DNA of 64,000 nucleotides from Chiloscyllium plagiosum (Eukaryota), in contig NC_057717.1 of NCBI RefSeq assembly GCF_004010195.1, positions 100,081,185-100,145,184 of the forward strand. Reading direction: 5' to 3'. The position numbers were made by a program, and so were the translations under genes. This document shows, one piece after another, positions 51,541 to 62,769 of this stretch; position 1 is the first letter of the stretch; each line of letters begins with the position of its first letter. The notes under the pieces are model-generated. The model had not been told where the DNA came from and did not search any database. It saw only the letters and a list, made by a program, of their open reading frames with translations.

Positions 51541-53795
51541 TTCAACAGAAGGGCATCATTTAGCCCCTCAAGCCTGACCTGCCATTTAGTGAGATCGTAA
51601 CGATTCGGTGAGCTAGCGTTATTTATGCACCTTTGCCTCATATCCCTTAATACTTTCACTTCAGCAAAATCAATCAGTCTTGGTTTTTAAACAAGCACTT
51701 AATCTAGCATTGATTACTATTTCCAGAAGGGTGTTCTATCATTTTTGTATGTATGATTTTATTTCTGAAATGTCTGGCTCTAGTTATAAAACTGTGCCCC
51801 CTCATTCTGTACTCTCCAAATCAGGCAGTTCAGTTCTTTCTGCTATTCGATTTTATTTTATATTTTGTACTTTCATCAAATCACCCCTTAATCTAAATTA
51901 AAGGAATTACTTGCACCCAAAAGTAAAGTTGTACAGCATTATTTTAATCAAAAGGTATTCTTTGTGAAATGCTGCACCAATAGGAAAGACAACGGACACT
52001 TCGTTGTCTGATTGGATGATTCTTGGTTGTCAGCCAAACAACTTTGTTTACTAATTTCTAATATGTCTATGATTAATCACTGTGTTCAATGGCAATAAAA
52101 CTGCACAATTTCCATAAAGTTGCTTTGTCTGGTTTTCGCAGAGCAGTGTTGCAAGAACAGGCAGGCACAGATTTAAAGCGATTGGGATTGAGTGGTTGGG
52201 GTTAATCCACAGCCTGAGAGCACAGTGAAAGCTTGTTGAGTCGAGGCTTTAAGATGCAATTGATTATTATCTGAAAACAGAGTGTATAGGGGCGAAAGGT
52301 TGGAAATGGCAATAAGTGCATCATTTCAGAAAGCCAGTACAGACATGATAGGCTGAATTGCTGCCTCCTATGCTGCGCCTATTCTTTAATTCTAGGCTCT
52401 CTAGTCTTGTTTAAATCTGTAACATATAATCCATATGATATGTTTAGTGTTTTTTATTTTTGAAAGGTGAAGTTGATTAGTGTACATGACTTCCCCATGT
52501 AGCTTTGATTGGGCCCAGCATGGAGAACCTGCACCCTGGCTTTCAAGCAGAACTGAGGTGGAACTGCTACATTTATCTTTTGTCCCTTGTGAATGCTTTT
52601 GAGCCTGATGAACTGCAATAATTATAGAATAATCTCATTGGATATGGTAATATCTTTGTGGGAATTTAAAAGGTTCCTATGCAGTTTGCCCCTTGGTGTA
52701 TTGGGAGCACATTAGCAGAAGCTGTTGTCAAGAAGACCTTCGGGAGTGATTAATGATTGAAATGGATTTCCTAATCAAGTAATGGAGAAGAAAACTTTGG
52801 AATTGTTTAAGATGGCTCGTGGGAGTGATTGGGAGACTGTATGAGATAACTGTGACAACATAGCTAAGATAATATCCTTACCTAGAGAGTAGTTACAATC
52901 TGGACTCATTATCTCATGGAGCAGTTGTGATTTTTGGGAAAGCTTTAAGGAATAGAAGCTTGCGAGACAGGGAAAAAGGGTTATGCTGAAAGCGTTAGAT
53001 GTTGGGAGGGGATTCATGTTGAATATAAATACCACTTGGGATGAATAACCTGTTTCTGCACAATAAATTTATGTAATGTTTCAAACTCTTACCAGTTGTG
53101 AAATCTATACTTTGATGGATTTGAAAATATTACCTTTTTAATAATTTTTATATTTGGAGGATCTGAATTAATCCAAATCTAATTTGAAAATGCATTGTTT
53201 GGCGTAGGGGTTTTAATACTGAGGTACTTGCTGATCTGATTGCAAAGTGAAACAGTAGAAAGTAAATCCTATTGCACACTGAATCTCCGACCCATTATTT
53301 ATTTTAATAGATCCAGGTCACAGCCTCTATGAAAAATTTAAAAGATGTATAATCATAATGTAATATTACATCAATTAAGATCCCATTCTCAACATTCTTG
53401 CCTATCAGTGACACAGTGAATTATTGTGGCTTTACTTGCTTGTTGATCTACACTAATAGAGTCAAACAGCATGGAAACAGACCCTTCAGTCCAACTCATC
53501 CATGCCAACCAAGTTTCCCAAACTAAACTAATCCCATTTGCCTGGTTCATATGTAATTTATGTAAAGTGCTTGATACAAACTTAAGCATTGCAACATTGA
53601 GTCTTCACGTGTTGATGCTCTTTAAAAACATGCTTTTATGGAATTCTAATATTGGTGAGGTTCCAAAACCTCTGTCAAATTAAGTTGTTCAAGCATATAA
53701 AATTGGTGGGCACTGGTTTGCAGGGGAACAAGGTTCCAAGAATGCATTTGTTGTAGGTAGTTTTTAATATCCTTTTGTTAAATTGTGTTTTACAG

Positions 53796-53946
53796 GTTGG
53801 TGAAAGGCATGAATTTCTCAGTAGTAGTGTTTGACACAGCACCAACAGGGCATACGTTACGACTTCTGAACTTTCCGACTATCGTTGAGAGGGGACTTGG
53901 GCGACTGATGCAAATTAAAAACCAGATCAGCCCTTTCATCTCCCAG
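53796..53946 (+). CDS. GET3: GET3 coding exon 4
   Basis: Manual translation [50 protein letters not shown] (switch II DTAPTGH); acag| and |gtagc. Confidence 0.97.
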
Positions 53947-54047
53947 GTAGCATAAGCCAATTACTTAATTTGCTCTGGAAAAGTTTAGACAATATATTAA
54001 CAGTAAATTGGTGCTAAGATTGAGATTCTAATTGCTCTGTCAGTGGT

Positions 54048-54570
54048 GGAGAAAGTGAGGTCTGCAGATGCTGGAGATCAAAGTTGAAACTTTATTGCTG
54101 GAACAGCACAGCAGGTCAGGCAGCATCCAGGGAACAGGAGATTCGACGTTTCGGGCACAGGCCCTTCTTCAGGAATGAGCAGAGAGTGTTCAGCAGGAGA
54201 AGATAAAAGGTAGGGATGAGGGACTTGGAGGAGGGGCGTTGGAAATGTGATAGGTGGAAAGAGGTCAAGGTGAGGGTGATAGGTCGGAGTAGGATGGAGG
54301 CGGAGAGGTCAAGAAGAAGACTGCAGGTCAGGAAGGCGGTGCCGGGCTGGAGGGATCCGGCTGAGACAAGGTGGGGGGAGGGGGGATGAAGAAACTGGTG
54401 AAGTCCAAGTTCATCCCCTGCGGTTGGAGGGTTCCCAGTCGGAAGATAAGACGCTCCTCCTCCGACCGTCGGGTTGTTGTGGTTTGGCGGTGGATGAGTC
54501 CAATGACCTGCATATCCTCGGTGGAGTGGGAGGGGGAGTTGAAATGCTGTGCTACAGGTTGGTTGGGTGC
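54048..54570 (-). mobile_element. Young Penelope-like element 3' fragment (GIY-YIG C-terminus plus terminal repeat)
   Basis: Minus-strand translation NQPVAQHFNSPSHSTEDMQVIGLIHRQTTTTRRSEEERLIFRLGTLQPQGMNLDF is typical of Penelope endonuclease ends; CpGs retained. Confidence 0.9.
54141..54176 (-). ncRNA. Putative minimal type I hammerhead ribozyme
   Basis: Minus strand: ATTC-CTGAAGA-A-GGGC-CTGT-GCCC-GAAA-CGTC-GAAT = stem I, CUGANGA, stem II, GAAA, GUC cleavage triplet, stem I'. Confidence 0.7.
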
Positions 54571-55796
54571 AAAATGTGCCTTTTGTAGTACTTTTGAATG
54601 CCAATGGACTAAGAAGAGATTGAAAGTAAAATTGGACAGCATTTCTACTCCTTGTGCTATCCAGTGTTGGCAACATTGTAATGCTTGCAAGTGTAGAATA
54701 TTTTTCCTATGATCAAATAGCCTACCAACAATTACTTCATGTTTACATGTCGGGAACTGCCACTTCAAAATAATAGGAGGTTACTGCACAAGTGGAAGTG
54801 GTAAAGCACAAAGAAAGGAATAAGATCAGAAGGAAGGAAATAGAGCAACATTTATTCATTGTTTATGTATTTTAAGCATAATTTCAAATCAGTCCCTGAG
54901 GCACTGTTTGATTACGGGGTCGCCCAAAAGTTTGTTTGAAGTTGTATGTGTTCATGCTGTAAAACGTGGCCATTGCTTTTGCTTTGAAATCTGCATATGT
55001 TTGACAAATGAGCATAGGAATTAGGAGCAGGAATAGACACTTTGGCCCTTTGAGCCAGCTCTGCAATTCAATAAGATAACATAGATCTGGTTGCTCCACA
55101 TTCCTGCCTAACCCGTCAGTCCCATGCTTTTCAAGAATCTATATAAATCTGCCTTAAAGATATTCAAAGACCCTGCTTTCACCCCCTTTTGAGGGCGAGT
55201 GAATCAAAGATTCATGGTCCTCTGAGAGAGTTTCTCCTGTGCCTGTTTTAAATTGGTAGTCGCTTATTTTTAAATGGTAACCCCAAGCTCTAGATTCCCC
55301 CACAAGAGCATACATCTCTTCCACATCAATCCTGTCAACACCCCTCTGGTTACTATCTGCTTCAATCAAGTTGTATATTGCTCTTCTAAATTGCACAACC
55401 TAAACAGGGGATACTCCATTATACAGCAGGTGGGTTAGGTCTTCTCCCAGTTGACAAACAGCCAGTCTATTCCAGTTAAGCTGTGCAATTGCTACATATG
55501 GAAAGTCTTGATATGCATGTTGGTGAATTACTGGTGTGATAAATCTTCATATTGTTCATAGGTCTTCCATACATAGTGTGCATTTGGATTATTAGCATTT
55601 TAATGTTAAAGCATGTAGTTTTGGAATAGAATGAACTAAGGTACTTTCCATATAAGTGCATTGACCTTTTAAATTAAAAAAAAAATGACTGAGATGTTCC
55701 GCAAACATTTAACTTTAAATAATTGGTCGGTCTGTATCATCTTTCTACTGGTTGTGCGGTCAAACTGTATTTATTTAATCATTGCTAACATTTCAG

Positions 55797-55904
55797 ATGT
55801 GCAGTATGCTTGGACTCGGTGACATGAATGCAGATCAACTTGCTTCAAAGCTAGAAGAAACCTTACCTGTCATTCGTTCAGTCAGTGAACAGTTTAAAGA
55901 CCCG
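55797..55904 (+). CDS. GET3: GET3 coding exon 5
   Basis: [36 protein letters not shown]; ttcag| and |gtaat. Confidence 0.96.
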
Positions 55905-56124
55905 GTAATTATCACTTAATTTTTTTGTTCCCCTTTGTCTAAAGACCAGTACTGACATGAGGATTAATGGTTTAACTGAAGTTGTCATTGACTTGGGAGT
56001 ATTGAGATTAAACTGTAGTGTGAAAGATCATAGCAGTCACTGAACCCTTTTTTCTTTTCAATAAATCTCATGCTAGTCCACCGATTCTGGAATTTGTGAA
56101 CTCTGGATTGCTGGTCCAGTACTA

Positions 56125-56666
56125 CAGAGGAACCTCGATTATCCGAATACCAATTATCCAAAAATCGGATTATCCGAAGGAGATCTAGAGGTCCCGATGG
56201 AAACATTACATTAATGATGCGTTTCCAACACTGATCGCGATTAAACAGGCATCGTCTCCAAATGACTGACTGACCGCTCTCGCTCTCTCTGCCCCCCCCC
56301 ACCGGAGTTCTACACAGGGGTGTACTCTTAAACCCCCCTTCCCCAGATAATCTCTCCAACATTGTCCTGTACAGGGCAAAGGTGGAACCTGTCAAAAAGG
56401 TGTGTGTGTGCGCGCAATTTGGAGACTTACTCTACAAAGGCAACTGCAGCAGTCTTACTGTTGGGTGTCCAGTCCAGTCCAGCTGCCCCGGGGGGAGGAG
56501 GAGGGAGCAGCGGGGCTTTTTGTGCTTTTGCAGTCTCATGAACGGGGAGCAGACTTTTAAAAAGCTCCGAACCCCAGAGGAAAGGCATTTAATCGATTAA
56601 CTGAATAATTGATTATTCGAGCGAAATAGTGCCTGCCATCACATTTGGATAATCGAGGTTCCCCTG
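56125..56666. mobile_element. Tigger/pogo-like MITE (non-autonomous DNA transposon)
   Basis: 24-bp TIRs CAGAGGAACCTCGATTATCCGAAT / ATTTGGATAATCGAGGTTCCCCTG (22/24); TA on both sides; subterminal GATTATCCGA repeats. Confidence 0.9.
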
Positions 56667-57023
56667 TATACCTCCAAAGCAGCGATATTCTAATAATTGG
56701 CATTACCTGGACAAATTGAATGAATTGCTAATTTGTGCTTTAAATTTATCATTCTGGGAGGCAATCACTTCTGATGGTGCAAAAGTCTCCCAGTACTGCA
56801 CAGAAGCAAAGGCTGTTCTGAAATCCTGGTATGGAGCCATAGCCACCTTGAGTCATGGATACTTTTGCTACTGAATGAGACAACAAGAGGAATACTGGAG
56901 AAAGTTAGGACAAAGTGAAAGGAAGTGTGAAATCAAAGCTGACGTTTTTGCTGCAGTTGCCACTGTTGGATGAGTTCCAAGATGACAGTTATCTACTAAA
57001 TCTGTTTTCTGGCCTTTTCACAG

Positions 57024-57224
57024 GAACAGACCACCTTCATCTGTGTTTGCATTGCTGAGTTTCTGTCCTTATATGAGACTGAACGACTAATTCAAGAGTT
57101 GGCCAAGTGTAAGATTGACAGCCACAACATAATAGTAAACCAGCTAGTATTTCCAGACCCTGGGGAGAAACCATGTAAGATGTGTGAGGCTCGACACAAA
57201 ATCCAATCCAAATATCTAGACCAG
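57024..57224 (+). CDS. GET3: GET3 coding exon 6
   Basis: [67 protein letters not shown] with CxC and Zn-binding CxxC; acag| and |gtaat. Confidence 0.97.
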
Positions 57225-58338
57225 GTAATGTTATAATGGCATAAACTTTCTATTTTGTTTGTATTTTGCACAGAAAATGTGACCAGCACCATATGACCAG
57301 CAATATTAGCCTCAGGCTTGAATTGGATCAGCTATTTGTTTAATGCACTCTGGGTTTGAGCTCATTTTGGATTATCCATTTGAAATTAAGAGATAGGAAC
57401 ACTAATGTTAGCTTACCGCTATGCCAGCATCTTCCTATGTTCCTTTCTAATTTTCACTGCTGCTGTCTGCACCTCCAAGGTCAGTGCATGCCAGCGATTT
57501 CTGGAACTGAAAGTCATTGATTCCTCACACTGGATGTGTGCCAGACCCTCTGAGTAGCTGTCCAAGCACACCGCTTCAAGGAACCATTCATGATCATGTC
57601 AGTAGTAATTCACAGGTTCAGGCTAATGTCTTGAGGGCAAAAACAGAAATTGCTGGAGAAGCTCAGCAGGTCTGATTGCATGTATGGAGACAAAGCAAAG
57701 TTCATGTTTTGAGTTCTGTGACCCTCTTATTTGAATGTTTTGATGCCATGGGTTCAGATCCCACCACTGTTGCTGGTGAGATTAACAAACCGATTCATTA
57801 ATAAATTTGGAATAGAAAGCTGGTGTCTGTAATGGTGATCATGAAAGTTATCAGCAGTTTTTAATAAAGCACCTTGTTCACTTAAGGAAATCTGCTATTC
57901 TTATCTGGTTTGGTCTACATGTGCCTTGAGATGCAGAAATGTAGATGGCTCTTCCTTGTATTCAGATCAAGGCCATCAGGGATGAGCAATAAATCCTGGG
58001 CTTGCCAACACTACCCACATCAAATACTTTTTAGAAAAAGGAGTTGGCTGTTCAGTTTCTTCAGTGTGTTTGATTATTTAGTCAGATTGTAGCTGTTTTG
58101 TAGTTCAACTCTATTAATCCCTTCTTTGACCTATTCATCTGATGTCCTTGCTTTCAAAATCCCTTTTGAAAATTTCAAATAACTCAGAGAAGGAGTTTCA
58201 AGTTACCTCACCCATCTGTTGCAAACAAATGCCCCAAGATCTTTGAAGGTGGTTCCTCAGACTTGTTTTGAGATTGTGGGTGATTTGTGTCAGAATGTGG
58301 TCTCTTTAAATTTTTTTGCATGGCTATATGTGTAAGGT

Positions 58339-58581
58339 GCTGAAAATGTGTTGCTGGAAAAGCGCAGCAGGTCAGGCAGCATCCAAGGAACAGGAGAATC
58401 GACATTTCGGGCATAAGCCCTTCTTCAGGAATGTCTTCAGGAAGTCTTTCCTCATTCCTGAAGAAGGGCTTATGCCCGAAACGTCGATTCTCCTGTTCCT
58501 TGGATGCTGCCTGACCTGCGCTTTTCCAGCAAGACATTTTCAGCTCTGATCTCCAGCATCTGCAGTCCTCACTTTCTCCTC
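58339..58581. mobile_element. Penelope-derived palindromic element with two opposed hammerhead motifs and 15-bp TSD
   Basis: ~95-nt inverted arms; direct repeat ctatatgtgtaaggt at 58324-58338 and 58582-58596; hammerhead cores at 58458-58485 (+) and 58401-58428 (-). Confidence 0.92.
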
Positions 58582-58842
58582 CTATATGTGTAAGGTAACT
58601 TAAAGGCACCGACATGTTTGCGGTCTGCATGGAGGCTTTCTGGTTTCTGAGCGGCTGCACAGCTGAGAGAGAACAGTAATTGTGTTTTCTTCTTATGAAT
58701 TTATAATAGTTTCTCAGTAACTATTGCTCACCTGGCGAGCGCATATCCAATTTTCCCGCTAAGGGGTAGCTCATCATTTGCACCTCAAGTGCTCTTTTTG
58801 TGAATAAGATTACTTTAGCTTGTCTGTCTGTTTTTCTTTCAG

Positions 58843-58971
58843 ATGGAGGATTTGTATGAAGATTTTCACATTGTGAAGCTCCCATTGTTACCTCATGAAG
58901 TCAGGGGCACTGACAAAGTCAATACTTTCTCTAAACTCCTGCTTGAGCCCTACAAGGCACCTAGTAAATGA
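58843..58971 (+). CDS. GET3: GET3 coding exon 7 (stop)
   Basis: [42 protein letters not shown]. Total CDS 1038 nt = 345 aa. Confidence 0.97.
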   Translation: MEDLYEDFHIVKLPLLPHEVRGTDKVNTFSKLLLEPYKAPSK

Positions 58972-60514
58972 ACAGACTTCCCTCATTCCGTTTCAAAACT
59001 GAGGCAAAGAGATCCAAGATTTGTAATTTATTAACACTGTTTGTAGGAAGGAGTTGGGGAGGGGATGCCTGGATGTTATTTATTGTTTTTGATCAATTTT
59101 TGATTTCTGGTTATTGTAACTTTTAAGGAGGTGATTTTGCATTGCCTATATGTGATCTCAAGACGTTGTGTCAAAGTTGTAGAATAGAGCATTATGTATC
59201 TACAGCTTTATTCTGTGATTAACCACTTTAAAAGAAAATGGCTTTTGAGCTTCAAACTCTTCCCCTCCTCTTAATGATTTTCTGTCCTCTCTCACGTGAC
59301 CCTATAGTCTTGAGGACTCAATGCATTTTCTGTAATCCTCCTTCCAGTAGTGGTTCAGTTGCGGTTGCTGCTTCTCCAGTTGAACACCTCAAAATGGAAG
59401 TGATACTATAGGAGCAACGATTATATTAGGAAGCAACAGTGACCCCTTTCCTACTCCCCACCTCTGCCCCATTCCTTTCCACAGATGCTGCTACCTAAAA
59501 ATAGTGTTACGAAACTGGCTCATTAAACACTTTGACACAAGCAAGCTACTCTCATAACTCCAGGTTTCATCTCAGCAGCAATTGAAGTTGTTAATTATTT
59601 ATGTGAATGGGAGCCAGCTGCCCAATATTAGGCAATAAGTTCACATTTTTGAGACCAATTTAACATTTCATATATCCTACAAGTGTTTCTTTAGAGTCTT
59701 CCTTATTTCACTCACCTATCCATTAGGTGAGCACACCAAATACATCTTCTGTCTCTTTCAGAACATGGGTTATATGAGAAAGCTACTCTCATCCTGACCA
59801 CTGACAAAATACTTAAAACGGTGCATTAGGTTTAAAAACTTATCTGGCATTGCTTGTTCTGGTGTTGTCAGGCATCAGATTTGATTTAACACTTACATAA
59901 GAGTTTACCTGTGTTGATATGCTGCTTTGAATGCGCTCCGTGCTTTATGGGATCTTTTTCCAATTTGGAAAATATCTTTATGAAGAGAATGGGCTATGAA
60001 GAACCTATGCACACTTGGTATTTTTTGAAACCTGTCCCTTTTGTTGCATGGTCTGTTTGCAGATTCCCTTGTAGCCGTTGTTTTCTTTAACACTGTTCAT
60101 GGTCAGACTCTGGACCAGATGGGAGTTGGTCTGGAGCCTCTTCTCTGAATTTGGGGTGAGGAGTGGGATTGGACTGTTTATACTTTCTGACTGAATCTTT
60201 GCATCTGTTAAATGGCTCACCTAGTTTAACATAATGAGCCATTATGGAGCAGGAAGATCAAATGGTGGGCAAAGTACAGAGGTCAAAGTGGTGACGTTTG
60301 CCAGGGCAGGAGTTGACAAGACTAGCTATGGTTCCTGCTGCTTGTCCTTGTCTGTATTCTCCTGGGCTGATGAGTATTTGGAAATTGCTTGTTGGCCTGA
60401 CACCTGAAAGTGCCCACTTAGTACAGAAGGCTGTCTAAACTGCGCATGGTGTCCATCTGACAATCAACACCTTTTATTTGAATGGGGGCATTTATAATGT
60501 GGGGGAAGAAATTC

Positions 60515-60520
60515 AATAAA
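60515..60520 (+). terminator. Candidate polyadenylation signal of GET3
   Basis: Canonical AATAAA ~1.5 kb after the stop with GT/T-rich sequence downstream. Confidence 0.5.
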
Positions 60521-61984
60521 TACCTAATTATTCATGGTGGTTTCACCACACACAAGTACTGCAATTGTTTTTTAATAGTTTGTGAAGACTGTGATGAGTT
60601 GTCTTGAATGCATAATTCTGAGACTGTCGTTGAAGTCAAAATGCAGACTAAATACTACAGATGCCATACACCACTTGGTGACTGCAAATAGTGTGTGTTT
60701 TATTTCCCTCCCACATCGAGGACTGCATGTTGAATTACAGGTCCACTCTGCTCCAGTCAGTGTTCTGAAAAGAGTGCTTCCCAAATGGTACAATAGATCG
60801 AATTTGTGTTTTAATGTTCGGGAAACTGTGGGAAAGACAAGCTTATTTAAAAGGACTAGGGCAATCATCCCCTGCTTTCTGTTCACTTTAGACAATTATC
60901 TACTCTGCAACAGACACTTCCCATTGACTAAACAGACAGTTCCTCGAGTTTTAACTAACCAACTCTCATTCAAGAAAGATGGGCAGAGAGATGGAGGGAA
61001 GAATACATAACCCGGAATGCTTTTTTTTAGATAAGAAAAACAACCTGCTAGCAAACAACAAAGATAACTCATAGAATTTAAATTAATCTTATATTTTAAT
61101 TTAAAGCCCATCCCCAAAGTGCTTTTCTGCAGAGTGACCTTTTTGGTGGCCTCCAATAGCTCATTTGATTCCAAATGGATGCCATGTGGCTGAGTAGTAT
61201 ATGTCAATAATTCCCAATCTATATTGACTAGACAGAATCCATCCCATTTAAGGGAGGTGGTCCAACATTTGGCATCTGAAGGTAGGGCTGGTAAAGAGAA
61301 ATTTACCTGGGATTCCTACTCCTGAACTGTTTGTAGGGTGTCTGAGCATGGTTGGAAGATACACATTTGTGGGTGACGAGTGAGCAGAATGTACCTCAGT
61401 GAATTGATAGCTTGTGACACTGCAAAAAGCAGTGATAAGGGCAAGATACTGGAAGTAACTGACTGTATGACCAGACCCTAACTATCAGCAGAAGAAAGAA
61501 AATTATAGAGAAAAGTTATCTTTTTAAAGTAGTAACACTAATTGCTATTAATATTGTTTGAGTTCAGTTTAAATTGTACAAGGGCAAACTTTAAGTATTG
61601 TATTGTTTACAATAATTTCTGGGATGGAGATGGGGACTAAATGAATTAAAACTCTTGAAATATATAATTATTTCAGGCTACTGTGTTTTTAAAAAAAAAA
61701 ATGCAAGAAGGGCACTTGGAGCTTGCAACTTGGTTTGTTATATTGTGTATTAGAGACGCTTCTGAGAGCAACCATTACAGTTCACAGAAGAATGTGGGAG
61801 CAGTGATGATTCCTTGGTTTCTAATGTTTTGAAGTTGCTCACCTTTACTGGCATAGGCCAAACATAGCAGTTGCAAATCAGAATCTTCCATTATTGGACC
61901 AAGCCTGTCTCCTGAAAGAAAGGATCACCACATTTTCCATTTGCATCTGCCTCTGTGGGAAGTCATACAAACTCAATCAAAGGT

Positions 61985-62135
61985 AAATATTTAACTTAGC
62001 TCGCTGAGCTTGTTTTCAGATGTTTCGTCACCATACTAGGTAACATCAGTGAGAGTCTCTGGTGAAGCGCCTCTCTATTCAAGCTCAGCGAGCTAATTTA
62101 CTTACTATCAACCTGAGCTACTAATCTTCTCAATC
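61985..62135. mobile_element. Palindromic element of a further Penelope-like subfamily
   Basis: Inverted arms ttagctcgctgagcttg / caagctcagcgagctaa. The minus strand carries TCA-CTGAT-GTTACC-TAGTAT-GGTGAC-GAAACATC-TGA, a hammerhead with a core deletion. Confidence 0.6.
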
Positions 62136-62769
62136 AAAGGTGGTGACTGGATGTTATGCTAGACATAAGCAGCGTTACAGAATTTTACAGCATGGAAGAC
62201 AACAGTTTGGTTAAAGATACCTATTATTAATCCCCTGAAAATTATCAAATTTGATTTCCATCTTAGCGCTCTTTCTCCATTCCTGACTGTGGCCTTCCGA
62301 ATTTCTAAATCTAAAACATCTGTTTCATAATCCTCAGATTGTGCTTCCACCTCTAGTTTTAGTAGGGTGTTCCACTTTTTACCAAGCTTTTAAATCAATT
62401 CTGCTTCAGCAATTCAGTTTCTGTTGACTACTAATCCACTGACCATTGCAAATGGATTTACAGCGCTGTGTGTATACCTACATCTCAAGAATGGTAGCAT
62501 TTCAAGATAGTAGCTCACCACCACTTTCTCTAGGATAATTAAGCACTAAATGTTAGCCTAGTCAGTGACACCTGTGTCCAATGAACAAATAAACAATTTA
62601 GTGCAGGTCATAGATTGGGACCCACCATGCTCAGATCTAATGTGAATATACTTGCTGAAACCACAAAGGTAATTGTTGCCCCTCACCATTGTTGCCCCTG
62701 AATATTTGGGATCCTGTTGTTAATTCCTGCATGTACATGCTGGGTAAATCAGCATTTCTGCGCAATCCT

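Noticed and set aside
3549-58581. Hairpin elements as miRNA precursors or classical MITEs
   Set aside because: The arms are Penelope termini of unequal length with variable centres and 12-15 bp TSDs. This does not fit TA-flanked MITEs or pre-miRNA size, although small-RNA production is not excluded.
45865-58842. Intronic C/D or H/ACA snoRNAs in GET3 or TRIR
   Set aside because: Scattered TGATGA/CTGA words exist, but I found none with convincing spacing and terminal stem; a snoscan/Infernal run would settle it.
58969-58971. TGA stop of GET3 as possible selenocysteine or readthrough
   Set aside because: It coincides with the normal GET3 C-terminus, and I could not identify a SECIS.
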